From contig JBODTK010000016.1 of NCBI GenBank assembly GCA_050613775.1, forward strand, positions 186,001 through 250,000: DNA of 64,000 nucleotides, written 5' to 3'. The notes beneath the pieces were generated by a model, which had not been told where the DNA came from, searched no databases, and was given only the letters and a program-made list of their open reading frames with translations. The first letter of the stretch is position 1, and every line of letters begins with the position of its first letter. This DNA comes from Neocallimastix sp. 'constans'. Lineage: Eukaryota. The translations under genes and the position numbers were made by a program. Below, one piece after another: positions 13,451 to 25,874 of this stretch.

Positions 13451-13742
13451 TAGGAAGAGAATACATTTCCATTGCTTTATTAAATAGATTATAATATTTT
13501 TATATACTATATTTATTTTAATTTTTTTTAAAAAAAAGAAAAAATACATTATATAATTAAAAGATAAAAAAAAATGTATGTGTATGTAAAAGATTAAGTA
13601 AAATATAAAATAATAAAAATAAAATAAAACAAAAGCAAAATTTAAATTATCATAGAAAATTTAATGCAATAAAGAATAAAAAAATAAGTTCAAAAGTTAA
13701 AAAAAAAATTCTACATAATGTATAGTATGTGTAGTAACATGT

Positions 13743-14000
13743 TCACCAGTTAAATCTAAAATAATAAAACAAAGAAGTAACATCTTTAAAATAGATAGTG
13801 ATGGGATCCACTAAACTCTCCCCTGAACCACAAGAAAGATCATCACAAGTTGAATTACTTATTATAAGTTCTGTGTTCGGAACTGTGTTGTTAGTTAATT
13901 GTGTATTGATGAGAATTAACAGAACTTCTATCTGCACTATTCCTTTGCCATATCGGTTCGACGTCGGCACTCTTGGTAATTGATACCAAAAGACAAGTCA
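13743..14000 (-). mobile_element. Probable 5' end of a non-LTR element with a structured leader
   Basis: Minus strand begins TGACTTG, then hairpins CTTTTGGTA/TACCAAGAG and TGCC/GGCA, then AAGGAAT and a short ORF-like stretch. Confidence 0.35.
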
Positions 14001-14224
14001 TTTATATTAACCCAACAACAAAAAAAAAAAAAAAGAAAAAGTAAAGTTTATAATATTTTTTATATATAAAATAAGATTATTTAAAAAAATATATATACTT
14101 TTAATATAATAAATATTATTTTATATTAGCTTCATTTTAATTTTCATTTCATGATATATTAATGGATTGTATAATTATATAATTAAATAATTTATTTACT
14201 CTTAGTTTTTATTTTATTTTTTTT

Positions 14225-14446
14225 CTTAGACTTAGAGAAAAGCTAGGTACACTAACACCACAACATGAGCAACATTTAAGGCAATCTTCTGAGACTATTT
14301 TTCTTTTAATGGAAATACTAATGTCAAATTTAAAGCCATACCAAATTCGAGAAATCCAAAAGAATCCCAATTGATATTTAGGATATTGAAATGTTAAGTC
14401 TTTGATTTCTGAAATAAATCCAAAATCATTCTTCTTGTAAATAATT

Positions 14447-14497
<51 letters not shown>

Positions 14498-14990
14498 CTT
14501 TTGAGGATTTGAAGACATCTCTTTCTCAATAAAACTTTTTTATTTCACTTGTTTTTTTTACCATTTAATTTCTTATCCAAAGTCCTTGATTCTTTAGTCC
14601 ATGAGTAATGTGACATAGTAGGAATATTATTAGTGAGATGATTAATAATACATGATGAGTTTTTCCATTTTTTAAAGCAGCGTAATTGAGATATTGCACA
14701 GATAGCTGAAAGAGGAGGTATTCTCAATTCACAAGTAATATTATAGAGACTAACATAAGAATTACAAGATTTAAATCCATAACTCCAATAAAGTCCTCTC
14801 TCTTCCCCATTATATCGAAATGTAGCTCATTTAAAGCTAAAGCTCCACCAAGAAGGAACAAGTATATATTAATGATTGATATAATCATCAAAATCAGAAA
14901 TAGAGTCATAGAAAGAAAGATGATTAAACATTCTAATCTTCCTAGCGAACAAAATATAGAGGTCATTGATGAAGTTTAGAAAATTCCATC
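14225..14990 (-). mobile_element. Decayed non-LTR retrotransposon, region C-terminal to RT
   Basis: ELRIPPLSAICAISQLRCFKKWKNSSCIINHLTNNIPTMSHYSWTKESRTLDKKL and a Cys cluster VSEDCLKCCSCCGVSVPSF resemble the post-RT/zinc-knuckle region of LINEs. Frameshifted and interrupted by poly(T). Confidence 0.55.
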
Positions 14991-15023
14991 TAAAGTTTAA
15001 TTTTATTTTCATGATATATTAAT

Positions 15024-15067
<44 letters not shown>

Positions 15068-15212
15068 TTAATGGATTGTATTATTATATAATTAAATAAT
15101 TTATTTACTCTTAGTTTTTATTAAAATAAATAAATAATATATATATATCAATATACATATTGACACATTAATATATTTATATTTATATTTATATTTATAT
15201 GTAAACATATAA

Positions 15213-15267
<55 letters not shown>

Positions 15268-15606
15268 TTATTTTACTTTTTTAATTAGTTCTATAAAAAT
15301 AATAGATAAATATTAATTAATTGATATTAATTATGTTATTACAAAACAATTATTTTAAAAAATTTACATTATTTAATTATTTATTCAATTATATTATTAT
15401 ATTTTTAAAGAAATAACTTTGAACTATATAAAATAAAATAAAATAAAAAAAGTTTATAAATATATAAATATAAAAAGTTCGTTTATCATAATATTAATAT
15501 ATTTGATATATTAAAATAGTGATAAATAATTGATTTTCTTTATATCATTTTATATCATTATATATATATATATATATATATATATTTTTTTTAATTTTTA
15601 ATATTC

Positions 15607-15968
15607 CTAATTACAATGACCAAATTCAGATTGACATCCGGCTCCCCAGTATTTATCATCTGTACCACACCATCCATATTTACTACAACATTGTCCAGAG
15701 GGACATTAACCATATTTTTTACCACATCTACCTTTGACATAGACAATTTTACTATTACATTTTCCAAATTCAGATTGACATCCATTAGTAGTGGTACAAT
15801 AACCATTACCGGTACCACACCATACATATTTATTACAACATTTATTATTATTTGGACATTTACCATCGATTATACCACATTTAAGATTTCTAGATTTTTA
15901 AGATTTCCTAAAGAATTTGGTATTTTTTTAATTTTATTACTATATAAATCACTATATATTAATAAATA

Positions 15969-16015
<47 letters not shown>

Positions 16016-17029
16016 AATAATAATATAATATTATATAAATATGTATTATATTAATATATATCAAATAATTTTATTATTAATATAAAGGTAATAATACTTA
16101 CAGTGTTTTAAGATTTTTAAAATTTTCTAAAGAATCTGGAATTTTTTAAATATTATTATCACTGAAATCACTATATATTTTTAATTAAAAAAAGAACAAA
16201 AGAATGTATATTTAATAATAGTTAATATTAATATTTGCAAAAGTAATCATATATAATAATAATAAATTTATTAAAATATAGATAAAAAATAAAATATTAT
16301 TGTAATTCAGTTCTTGAAGATTTTCAAGATTAGTTATTGATTCTGGGATTGAAGTTAATTTATTTAAAGAAATTTTACTAATAATTAAATATATTTAATC
16401 ATAAATTTGTAATATTTATTATTTAATACATTTTTTTATACTTTAAAATATATATTATAATATAAAAATTATATTACAGTTTTTCAAGATTTTTAAGTTT
16501 ATCTATGGATTCTGGAATGGATGGTAATTTATTCGAAGTAATTGTCATAATAAAATTTTAATTTTTTATTGTTTATTTTTATTTTTTTTTTATTTATTTA
16601 TTTTTTTTTTGTATTTAAGTATACAAATTTTTATAATTATTATTATTATTATTATTATTTTATTTTTTTTTTATTTAATTATTTTTATTATATTTTAAAA
16701 AATGAATTATTAGTAATATTTACAATTCTTTTAATTGAGTTAAAGCTAAAATATCATCTGGAAAACGCTTTAAGGAATTTCTATAGTTACTATCGAGGAT
16801 TCTGTTATAATATTCATATTTTTAAAATATAGATTGAATATATTTAAAAATTTATAATTTTTAATATTAAAATGAAAAATAAAATTATTAAACATATATA
16901 AATAATTTATTAATGATAATAATAAAAAATTCAAATTTTTACAATGATGAAAGTTTACTAAGATTTTTTAATGAATCAAAATTTATATCTTTAAAGTTAA
17001 TATCATTTAATATCCTAGGGGAGTATTAG

Positions 17030-17060
<31 letters not shown>

Positions 17061-20000
17061 TAATAATATATATACAAATTAGTTATAATGCATTAATTTT
17101 ACTGTTAATGAATATTTTTATTTATTTAATTTTTTAAATTATTTATTAACTTACAATTCTTCAATTTCGGTTAATTTGCCAATTTCATTAATACGTTTTT
17201 GATGATCATTTTGTTCAAATAAATCAAGTTTTCTATTTTAATAAATTTATTTTATTGAAATTAAAAATAATTAAAAGTTTTATTAATATTTAATAAATTA
17301 TATTTAAATTTAAATGATTCTATATTTTAAAAAATAAAATACATTATAATATTAATAATTACAAGATTCTTATTTTCCCCTTATTATTAGTATTACAGGT
17401 ATTAACTATACTTTCATAACTACCAGATTCTTCTCCTTCTAAATAATTATATAGTTTATCACATTCATTTGAACTATCATTGATTTCGGAATTACATAGT
17501 TCAAACAAATATCCATCTTTTTCATCTGAATTTCTTAAACATTCTATATTTTTTGCTCTACATAAATTATAATTCTTATTGTATGTACATTTCTCGAGAC
17601 TCTCATTTGTTAATGCTTTCCCTTTAAGGTCTACATTAAATTCTAAGTATCTATTTCATTAATATTAATTATTAACAATAATAAATATAGTATGATTATT
17701 AATATTTATTCAATATTTACTCTATATTTATTTCTTTTAAATCTATTTTATCTTATAATCCTAATATTAAATGTTATTTATATAATATTTAATTTAAATT
17801 ATATATTGCCTATTATTATTAATATTATTTATTTATCATTAAATGATTTTATTTACATTTCTTTAAGATTCGATAATTGATTTAAAGATTCCGGAATTTC
17901 AGAATAAATTTCATTTTCATTCAAGTTACTAATGATAAAATAAAATATAATATTATTTAATTATTAATAATAAATGAATTAATAAATTATTATTTTTTTA
18001 TTAGTAATTGTATTAATTATTAATTTATAATTTATATTTAACAATTATATATAATTAAAATCGTTTATTTAAAAATAAAAAAAAAAATAAAAAATAAAAA
18101 TTTTAATTATAATCTTACAGAAATTCAAGATTTTCAAGTTCACCAAATTGATTTGGAATTATCTTTAAACCATTATTTTCCAAATTGCTATATAAATTAT
18201 TAAAATTATATTTAATTAAATAAATAAATAATTTTTATTTATTCAATAAATAAAAAATAAAAAAAAAACATTTAATTATACTAATATTTCATATAAAATT
18301 ATAAAGCATACAGATATTTAATTTCTTTAAGATTTATAATATCATTAGGAATATTTGAAATTTTATTATAACCAAGATCGCAAAATTTATATAATTTGTT
18401 TAATAAAGAAAGGTTTAATTGAAATATCATAGTAAACATATTATTAATATTTTAATATTTAAATATTTTATATTTAATATATAACATACACATATGTGAG
18501 ATTTTTAATATTAAATATTTCTTTTGGTAAGGTTTCTATTTGGTTATCCCAAAGATCACTTTAAAATAATAATAATTATATAAATATAATAATTAAAATA
18601 AATATTTATATTTTATTAATAAAATTTATATTTAATCTATAATATATATTTATAGTAATGATTGATGTTAACATGTGCTCAAGTTTTTTAAGGTTCTCAA
18701 TTTGTTTTGGAATACTAGAGATACCGTTCTCTGCTAATTCACTGAAATTTAAAATTTAATATTAAAATTTTTAATAAATTAACTATTAATTATTATGTAA
18801 TAATGGACATAAAAATAAAACATTTTTATATTAAAAAATAAAATTTTATATTATTTTTTTACAGATGTTTAAGATTTTCCAATTTCAGAATGTCATCAGG
18901 AATTATTTTTATATTATTTGCATTCATAACTCTATTATATATATAATAGTTATACGTTTTATAGTATTATTATTATTATTATTTATTAAATGTTCAAACA
19001 TTTATATTTTTTAAATAACAGAATTTAATATTAATAGAAATTCAAGATTTTTTAAAAATAAATAAATAATTATATAGTTATATATTTATTATTAGATCTT
19101 TTCTTTAATAATTTAATAATAAAATAATAATATTATTATTATTAAAATATAAATATTGATAATTAATTTTTATAAATTACAATTTTTCCAAATTAGTAAC
19201 TTCAGAAAGATTATATGAAAGTTTAGATAAATCATATATATCAATTTCTCTAATAAAAGTAATATAAAGTAAATAAATTAATTATTTAATTTATTAATAA
19301 TATTATTACTTATTATTTTTTATATTATGAAGATAGAAAAAAAAAAAAATAAAATTTATAAATAATGAATTAATTACAAAGAAATAAGTTTGCATTATTT
19401 TGTAAATTTAATTTTAGATTTCCTGATAATTCATTGTGTATAAATGCTCTATTAATTAAAATTTTATAAATAATCATTATAATCATTATAAAATAAATTT
19501 ATTATGAATTTTTTATCAAAAAAAATAAATATATATATATTTTTAATACGTAATATTTATTATAATTATATATATAAGTATCTTTTCTAAAATTACAATT
19601 CTTCAAGATCTTTTAAATTGGAAATTTGATCAATGTAATTTTGATTAAGTTCTCCATCTTCAAATATTCTATATAATTTATATTAAGTAATTAAAACACA
19701 CATATATATAATAAAAATATAATATGTATTAATATACTTTTTTATGCAATATATAATTTAATAATTTAAGTATAGTTATATTTTCTTCATTTAATATAAT
19801 AATATAATTATTTTAATTATTTTCTTTTCCTAAAATATATTTTGATAATTATTTATATAGATCAATATTTATATATATATATATATATATTAAATTAAAT
19901 ATTTACATAGTTTTAACTTTTCCATTACTGTTATTGATACAGTTTGAAATTAATGATTCATAGCTTCCTGATTTCTTATTTTCTAGATACTTATGTATTT

Positions 20001-20429
20001 CTTCACATTCATCAGAGTTATCATTAACATTAGTATTAGAATCACATGGCTTTATCTCATTATCTTTGTTATCTGATCAATAACCTTGAGTAAAGCATTT
20101 TAAATCTTTAGCTTTACAAATATTATATTTTGAATTATAAGAGCATTCTTCAAGGCTTTCATTTGTTAATATTTTTCTTTTAATATCAACATTACCTCTT
20201 AAATTACTATTTTAAATGTATATCAATATATTTATAAATTACATGTAATTAATAAATTTATCATTATTTTAATAAGTATATACATAATATTTATTTATTA
20301 ATAAATTTAATATTAATATTAATATATTCATTAATAGGTACATTATTTTTAAATTTAATAAATTATTTAATGAATTTGGAAGCTCAGAATAAATTTGATT
20401 ATTTGATAAATCCCTTTAATATTAAAAAG

Positions 20430-20463
<34 letters not shown>

Positions 20464-22077
20464 AAATTTGAAATTATTACTAGTAATTATAATGTAATAA
20501 ACTTAACATTATTATTTGATTTATATATTTACAATATTTCAAGGTTTTTGAGATTACCAAAAGAATCTGAAATTTTGGTAATTTGATTATTTGATAAATA
20601 CCTATATATATTTTAATTATTTTTATTGATCATTATTTTTATTGTAATAATTAATTAATATTATTTAATATTTAATATTTATCATATAATATTAATATTA
20701 AATATTTATTATTATTTATTATAAAAAAGAACTTACAATTCTTTAAGATTTATAAGATCAAATATTTTATCTGGAATTTCTGTTATTTTATTATATTCAA
20801 AATTACTATAAATTTTTTTAGTTTTAATATTAATTTCAAATAATTTATATATTAAACTTTTAAATATATATATAAAAAAAATAATTCATTAAAATATATA
20901 CATTGTTACAAGGTCAAGATTGAACAATTTATTTGAAATACTAGAAATATTATTATTTCCAAAATTTCTAATTATATAAATTATTAATTTTTTTTAATAT
21001 AATAGTATTAATTTTAACATTTAAAAAATAATTATTTTATATATAGAATATATTTTTACATGTGTTTAAGATTTTTAAGATTTTCAATTTTATCTGGAAT
21101 TTTTGAAATTCAATTAATTCCTAAATCACTTTTATATATATATATATATATAAATTATATTATTAATATATATAAATATATTTAGATATATAATAATAAT
21201 AATAATATATAAAACATAAAATTAAATATTTAAAAAATTTAAACGTACAGATATTCAAGATTGTTAAGATTAAAAACGAAATCAGGGATTGAATTTAATT
21301 TACAAAAAGTTAATAGTTCTAATGGTATTATATAATTTAATGAAATAAATATAAGATTAATACAAATTTTAATTATATTTATGAATCATTTTTTAAAAGT
21401 AGAGTAAAAATATTTTATAAAATATTATAAACTTCATTATTTATATATATATATATTTGTATATATATAAAAACATATATATATGGATGTATGTATACAT
21501 ACATACACCATATAATTTTAATAATAATAATATATAATACAAAAATTAAATATTTAAATTTTTAAAATTACAGATGTTCAAGGTTATTATGATTAATAGA
21601 AAAATCAGGAATTGAACTTAATACTATATCATCAATAGCTCTAATTGTAAATTTAATTTAATTAATTAAATATAAAGTTAATATAAATTATAATTATATT
21701 TATTAAAATTATTTTTTTTAATTATACCAACAATTTTTTCAAATTTTCAAAGGTTGAAATATATCCTAATAATTTAATTGTTTCTTTTGAAGATAATATT
21801 CTAATATTTATGAAAGTAAAAAAAAAATAACATATATCATTATGAACATATTTTTGTTACTACAATATTTATTATTGATATATTTATATATGTACAATAA
21901 AGTAAGAGTTTTAAGGTTCTTTAGAGGTTCTAGGTTTAATTTTTCCAAATTGGTTTGATATAATCCTCTAATAATAATATATTAATAAAACAAAATATTA
22001 AAGTATTATTTAGAAAAAAATTAATATTTTTATTTTATTTTTATTTTATTTTATTTTTATTTTTTTATTTTTTTTTA

Positions 22078-22108
<31 letters not shown>

Positions 22109-22219
22109 TTAATTTTAATTCAAAATATAAAAATATTATTAACATACAATTCTTTAAGATTAGGAATTGATGATATCCTTTCAATATCAGAATTTGATAG
22201 TGTAATGTCCCAAATTGCC
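15607..22219 (-). pseudogene. Leucine-rich-repeat protein with 26 single-LRR micro-exons, 2 Cys-rich cap exons and two C-terminal CBM18 chitin-binding domains; disrupted
   Basis: Exons: 22148-22219, 21896-21967, 21732-21800, 21572-21640, 21249-21318, 21060-21128, 20902-20967, 20737-20805, 20533-20601, 20342-20413, cap 19907-20206, 19597-19668, 19378-19448, 19181-19249, 18863-18931, 18673-18741, 18490-18558, 18312-18380, 18119-18187, 17857-17928, cap 17363-17650, 17155-17232, 16943-17014, 16724-16801, 16478-16546, 16309-16377, 16102-16170, 15883-15951, then CBM18 x2 at 15607-15882 ([10 protein letters not shown]..., GCQSEFG.C). Example repeats: YLSNNQITKISDSFGNLKNLEIL, DLWDNQIETLPKEIFNIKNLTYV. 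Stops, frameshifts and splice-site losses are present. The 5' exons were not found. Confidence 0.9.
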
Positions 22220-25200
22220 CTTTATGGACATAATTAATATGTATATATTTTATAAAATACATATTTTAATAAATATATATTAATAATTATAATATAAATA
22301 ATACAAAATATTTATATTAATTATAAATAATAAAATTTTATTTTTTATAATATATTATTTACTTTTCAAAAACAAATTATTAAGAGGTAAATATCACGTC
22401 TACATATAATATTATTTTTTATATAAATATTTTGTCACAGTTACTTGTATAGATTAATATATATATTTGTTTTTCTATATTTTAATAGTTTTAATTATAA
22501 TAAATAAATAAAATAAATATACAAATAATAATAATAATAATAATAGAAGTATTACTTTTTATTAATTTGTTTCTATATAAAAATATATATATAAGGCTTA
22601 TCTAATAAAATAAAAATATGTAATTGAAAAAAGTTAAGAATTTTAATACATATCATATTACAATATGATATATATTAAAATATTTAGTGACATAGATCAT
22701 TTATTAATATAATATATAAATTTATATTATCATCTTGTTTATTGATGAAAATAAAAATTCTATTAAATGAGGAGTCTAACAATTGAATATAATGAAATAA
22801 ATATATAAAAGTATACTTATACTTAATATATTAATTTATTTAAAATAGATAAATCGATTAAATAAAATATATCCAATTCAAAATAATATATAATAAATAT
22901 ATAAATTGAAACTAGTTTATATTAACTATTAAAGTTTAAAAATGAACTATATTTTACAGAATTTAATAAGAACTAAAAAATATTAAACTATTTATATAAA
23001 CATTATATAATATACTTAAAGACAATACTTTATACTATTTTATTTATGTATATGCTTTTATTTCTTATTTATTTACTATTATATTACTTTTTATTATTTT
23101 TTTTATAGTTATTAAAAAGATTCTTCTTTTTTAATATTTGATAATTCAAAAGAGTTTGTGGAAATTACTGGATTGTGATAAGGAAGTGTTGACAAAAGTA
23201 TTATGGAACATATTAATGTATTACTATAAAATAATAAACGAAATTATTTGATATTTCTTATCCAAGAAAAAAGTATTTAAATTTTTGAAAAGAAAAAATA
23301 TAAATATTAAATTTTTATTTACCAATGAAATATCTAGGGAAAAGGATATTATTATATTTTTTAATAAGTAAAATTTTTGGTATTTATATTTTTTCTTTTA
23401 TAAATTTATTTTAAAGAATTCAGAAGGTAATATATATGTTGTTAAAGAATTCTGAAGGTAATATATATTGTTAAAGAATTCGGCTAAATATATATATAAT
23501 TTTAATAAATTATTTTATTACTAATGTTAATAAATTATATTATTACTATTAATAATGAATTAAATGAATAATAAATAATAAATAATAAATATCATATTTA
23601 TTTTAAATATATAAATAAGGTTTATATGAAAAAAAAAGAATTTCATTATGTATAATATATTTTGTTGAAGAATTCGGTTAAATTTTATATACATAAATTA
23701 AATACTTTAAATTTTTTTTTAAAAGTTTTATTGCTAAGCTATTATAAAAAATATATTATGTAATAAGTAATAAACATATAAATAAGGTTTATATAAAAAT
23801 AATTTTATTATGCATTCAATTAAATTATATACATAAATTAAGAATTTTAAAATTTTTTTAAATTTTATTTTATTACTAATGCTAATTATTATATTATTAT
23901 TGGTGATATAGAATGAAACTTTAAATAATAATAAATTAAAATAAATATATTAAAGTTATATAGATTATAAGTATAAAATTATTATATAGTTAAATAGTAA
24001 AAAATTTATATTAATAAAATTATAAAAATAACTTGTAAATGTAATTGTTTAGAAATGTTTAATACTTTAGTATAAATTATTGCTTATAAAAATTACTTTA
24101 ATTTAGATAACTAATATTAATAGGAATATAAAATATTTATTTAACAAAATGTTACTAATTGTCCAGTAAAATTAGATAATAATAAAAAGAATGTTTAAAG
24201 GTTACTAATTAGCCTGTAAAATTAGATAAGTTTAGTAGAGGTTTACTAATTACCTTAAGAATTAGTATTATAAGTTTTATAATAAATAATTAATAACATA
24301 TAAGGTTATAAAATGAATTTATTTCTATTGAATGAATTTAATTATTTTCTTATAAATAATTTTATTTAGTTTATTAGATAAAGATGTGAAACATGATATA
24401 TACCATCTTTTATCATTGGCTTATCTGAAATTATGTATATAAGAATTATTGATGCATGTGATATATTTGAATATAATAGTTTGATATGCGGGACTTTTTA
24501 TGTAGTATTGTTATATTTAATTAACCTTTATTAATATTTTATAATTTATGAACCCAATTAATCAGGGTCTTCTCAAAATTACAATAAAGAAGAGTAGTTA
24601 TTAGGAAATCTATATAATAATTTACAAATATTAATAATAATAAATATACATTTAAAATATAATATATCGAAGTATAGTATAATATATAATAAATATATCA
24701 GAAATAATATATATAACTATATAATTTTTAAAATGAAAATAAGTATAATAAAGTTAAATATATAAGAATATAATTATTTAATAAATATGAATATAATAAA
24801 TTATATCAACTATATATATATTTAATTATAATTAAAATAACTACAACTATTTCCTTATATTATAATATATATAAGAATTATGTATTTTTAATATATACTT
24901 TGAAATAAATAAGAATATTTAAGTTATATATAATAATATTCTTATTATATATATTTAGAAGAAATTAACTATGTAATTTAATATATTTAGTATTATTATT
25001 AATAATATATATATAAATATTGAATAATATATGAATAAGAAATTATTTCAAATATTATTACTGACAGAAGAGATATAAATTTAATAAATATTATTAAATA
25101 TACAAATATGTTGCTACGCATATTTGTTTTATATCAAGTTAAATACATATAATTTTTACATTTAAAAATAATACTTAATTCCTAAGAAGTAATAACAAAT

Positions 25201-25234
25201 TTGTTTATCATAAATTTACTTGTGTTAACAATTA

Positions 25235-25762
25235 TTATAATAATGAATTAAATAATATATAATAAATAATAAATAATAAATAATAAATAATAAATAATAA
25301 ATAATAAATAATAAATAATAAATAATAAATAATAAATAATAAATAATAAATAATAAATAATAAATAATAAATAATAAATAATAAATAATAAATAATAAAT
25401 AATAAATAATAAATAATAAATAATAAATAATAAATAATAAATAATAAATAATAAATAATAAATAATAAATAATAAATAATAAATAATAAATAATAAATAA
25501 TAAATAATAAATAATAAATAATAAATAATAAATAATAAATAATAATAAATAATAATAAATAATAAATAATAATAAATAATAATAAATAATAAATAATAAT
25601 AAATGATAAATAATAAATAATAAATAATAATAAATGATAAATAATAAATAATAAATAATAAGTAATAAGTGTAATAAGTAATAAATAATAAATAATAAGT
25701 AATAAATAATAAATAATAAATAATAAATAATAAATAATAAATAATAAATAATAAATAATAAA
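25235..25762. repeat. (TAAATAA)n heptamer microsatellite
   Basis: About 500 bp of near-perfect AATAAAT repeats; it produces the spurious YYLLFII ORF. Confidence 0.95.
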
Positions 25763-25874
25763 TAGAAAAATGATCTTTTATTCAATATAATAATAATAAA
25801 ATTCATTATGACCTAGTCCGCGTCTATGCCGATAAAGCTAATTAGAGTCTGTTACGTTTAAAGGGGAGACTAGT

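Noticed and set aside
15591..16017. ORF-track ORFs of 91 aa (-) and 133 aa (+)
   Set aside because: Wrong-frame and antisense readings of the CBM18 exon.
16100..22220. Regularly spaced similar ~70-bp segments as a CRISPR-like or RNA array
   Set aside because: They are GT-AG-bounded coding exons with LRR periodicity, not identical repeats.
25225..25806. 193-aa YYLLFII-repeat ORF
   Set aside because: Translation of a heptamer microsatellite.
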